This document shows, piece after piece, positions 63,946-64,000 of a stretch of DNA of 64,000 nucleotides. The position numbers were made by a program, and so were the translations under genes. The DNA is from Antedon mediterranea. Taxonomy: Eukaryota > Animalia > Echinodermata. The DNA is taken from positions 36,156,304 through 36,220,303 of the forward strand of contig NC_092671.1 in the NCBI RefSeq assembly GCF_964355755.1, written 5' to 3'. The notes under the pieces were generated by a model. That model did not search any database. It saw nothing but the letters and a program-made list of their open reading frames with translations, and had not been told where the DNA came from. Numbering within the stretch: the stretch's first letter is position 1; each line of letters starts with the position of its first letter.

Positions 63946-64000
63946 CAGTAGAGATGTCCCCTAAATAAAGGTGTACCAAGAGAGAGGTTCCATTGTAGCG

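Noticed and set aside
63601-63968. Three overlapping ORFs at the window end
   Set aside because: They lie within a GC-richer family B MITE; no transposase motifs.

Overview
AT-rich eukaryotic (invertebrate animal, probably deuterostome/echinoderm-like) genomic DNA; nothing here looks prokaryotic. (1) A complete 16-exon CLCA-family gene (calcium-activated chloride channel regulator / zinc metalloprotease) on the + strand, 28763-55554. All introns are GT-AG and phase-compatible, giving a 3165-nt CDS (1054 aa): signal peptide, HEWAH metalloprotease, Cys-rich region, vWA with MIDAS, beta-rich/FN3 region, one TM helix and an unusually long (~136 aa) motif-bearing cytoplasmic tail. (2) An intronless 124-aa C11orf96/AG2-like gene at 60187-60561. 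(3) No recognisable coding exons in 1-28.7 kb. That region and the introns are filled with non-autonomous TEs: ~21 copies of one ~160-bp PIF/Harbinger-type MITE, a 2.6-kb Academ-like foldback element nested inside MITEs, Deu/Nin-domain SINEs, hAT/Kolobok/Tc1-type MITEs, LINE 3' ends and Penelope-like hammerhead remnants, plus mini- and microsatellites. The best leads are the receptor-like CLCA tail, tandem decoy splice acceptors before CLCA exon 14, a perfect inverted repeat bracketing the in-frame exon 7-10 block, and an RVxF motif in the C11orf96-like protein. I found no clear-cut new multi-gene system. All family assignments are from motif recognition, not database searches.
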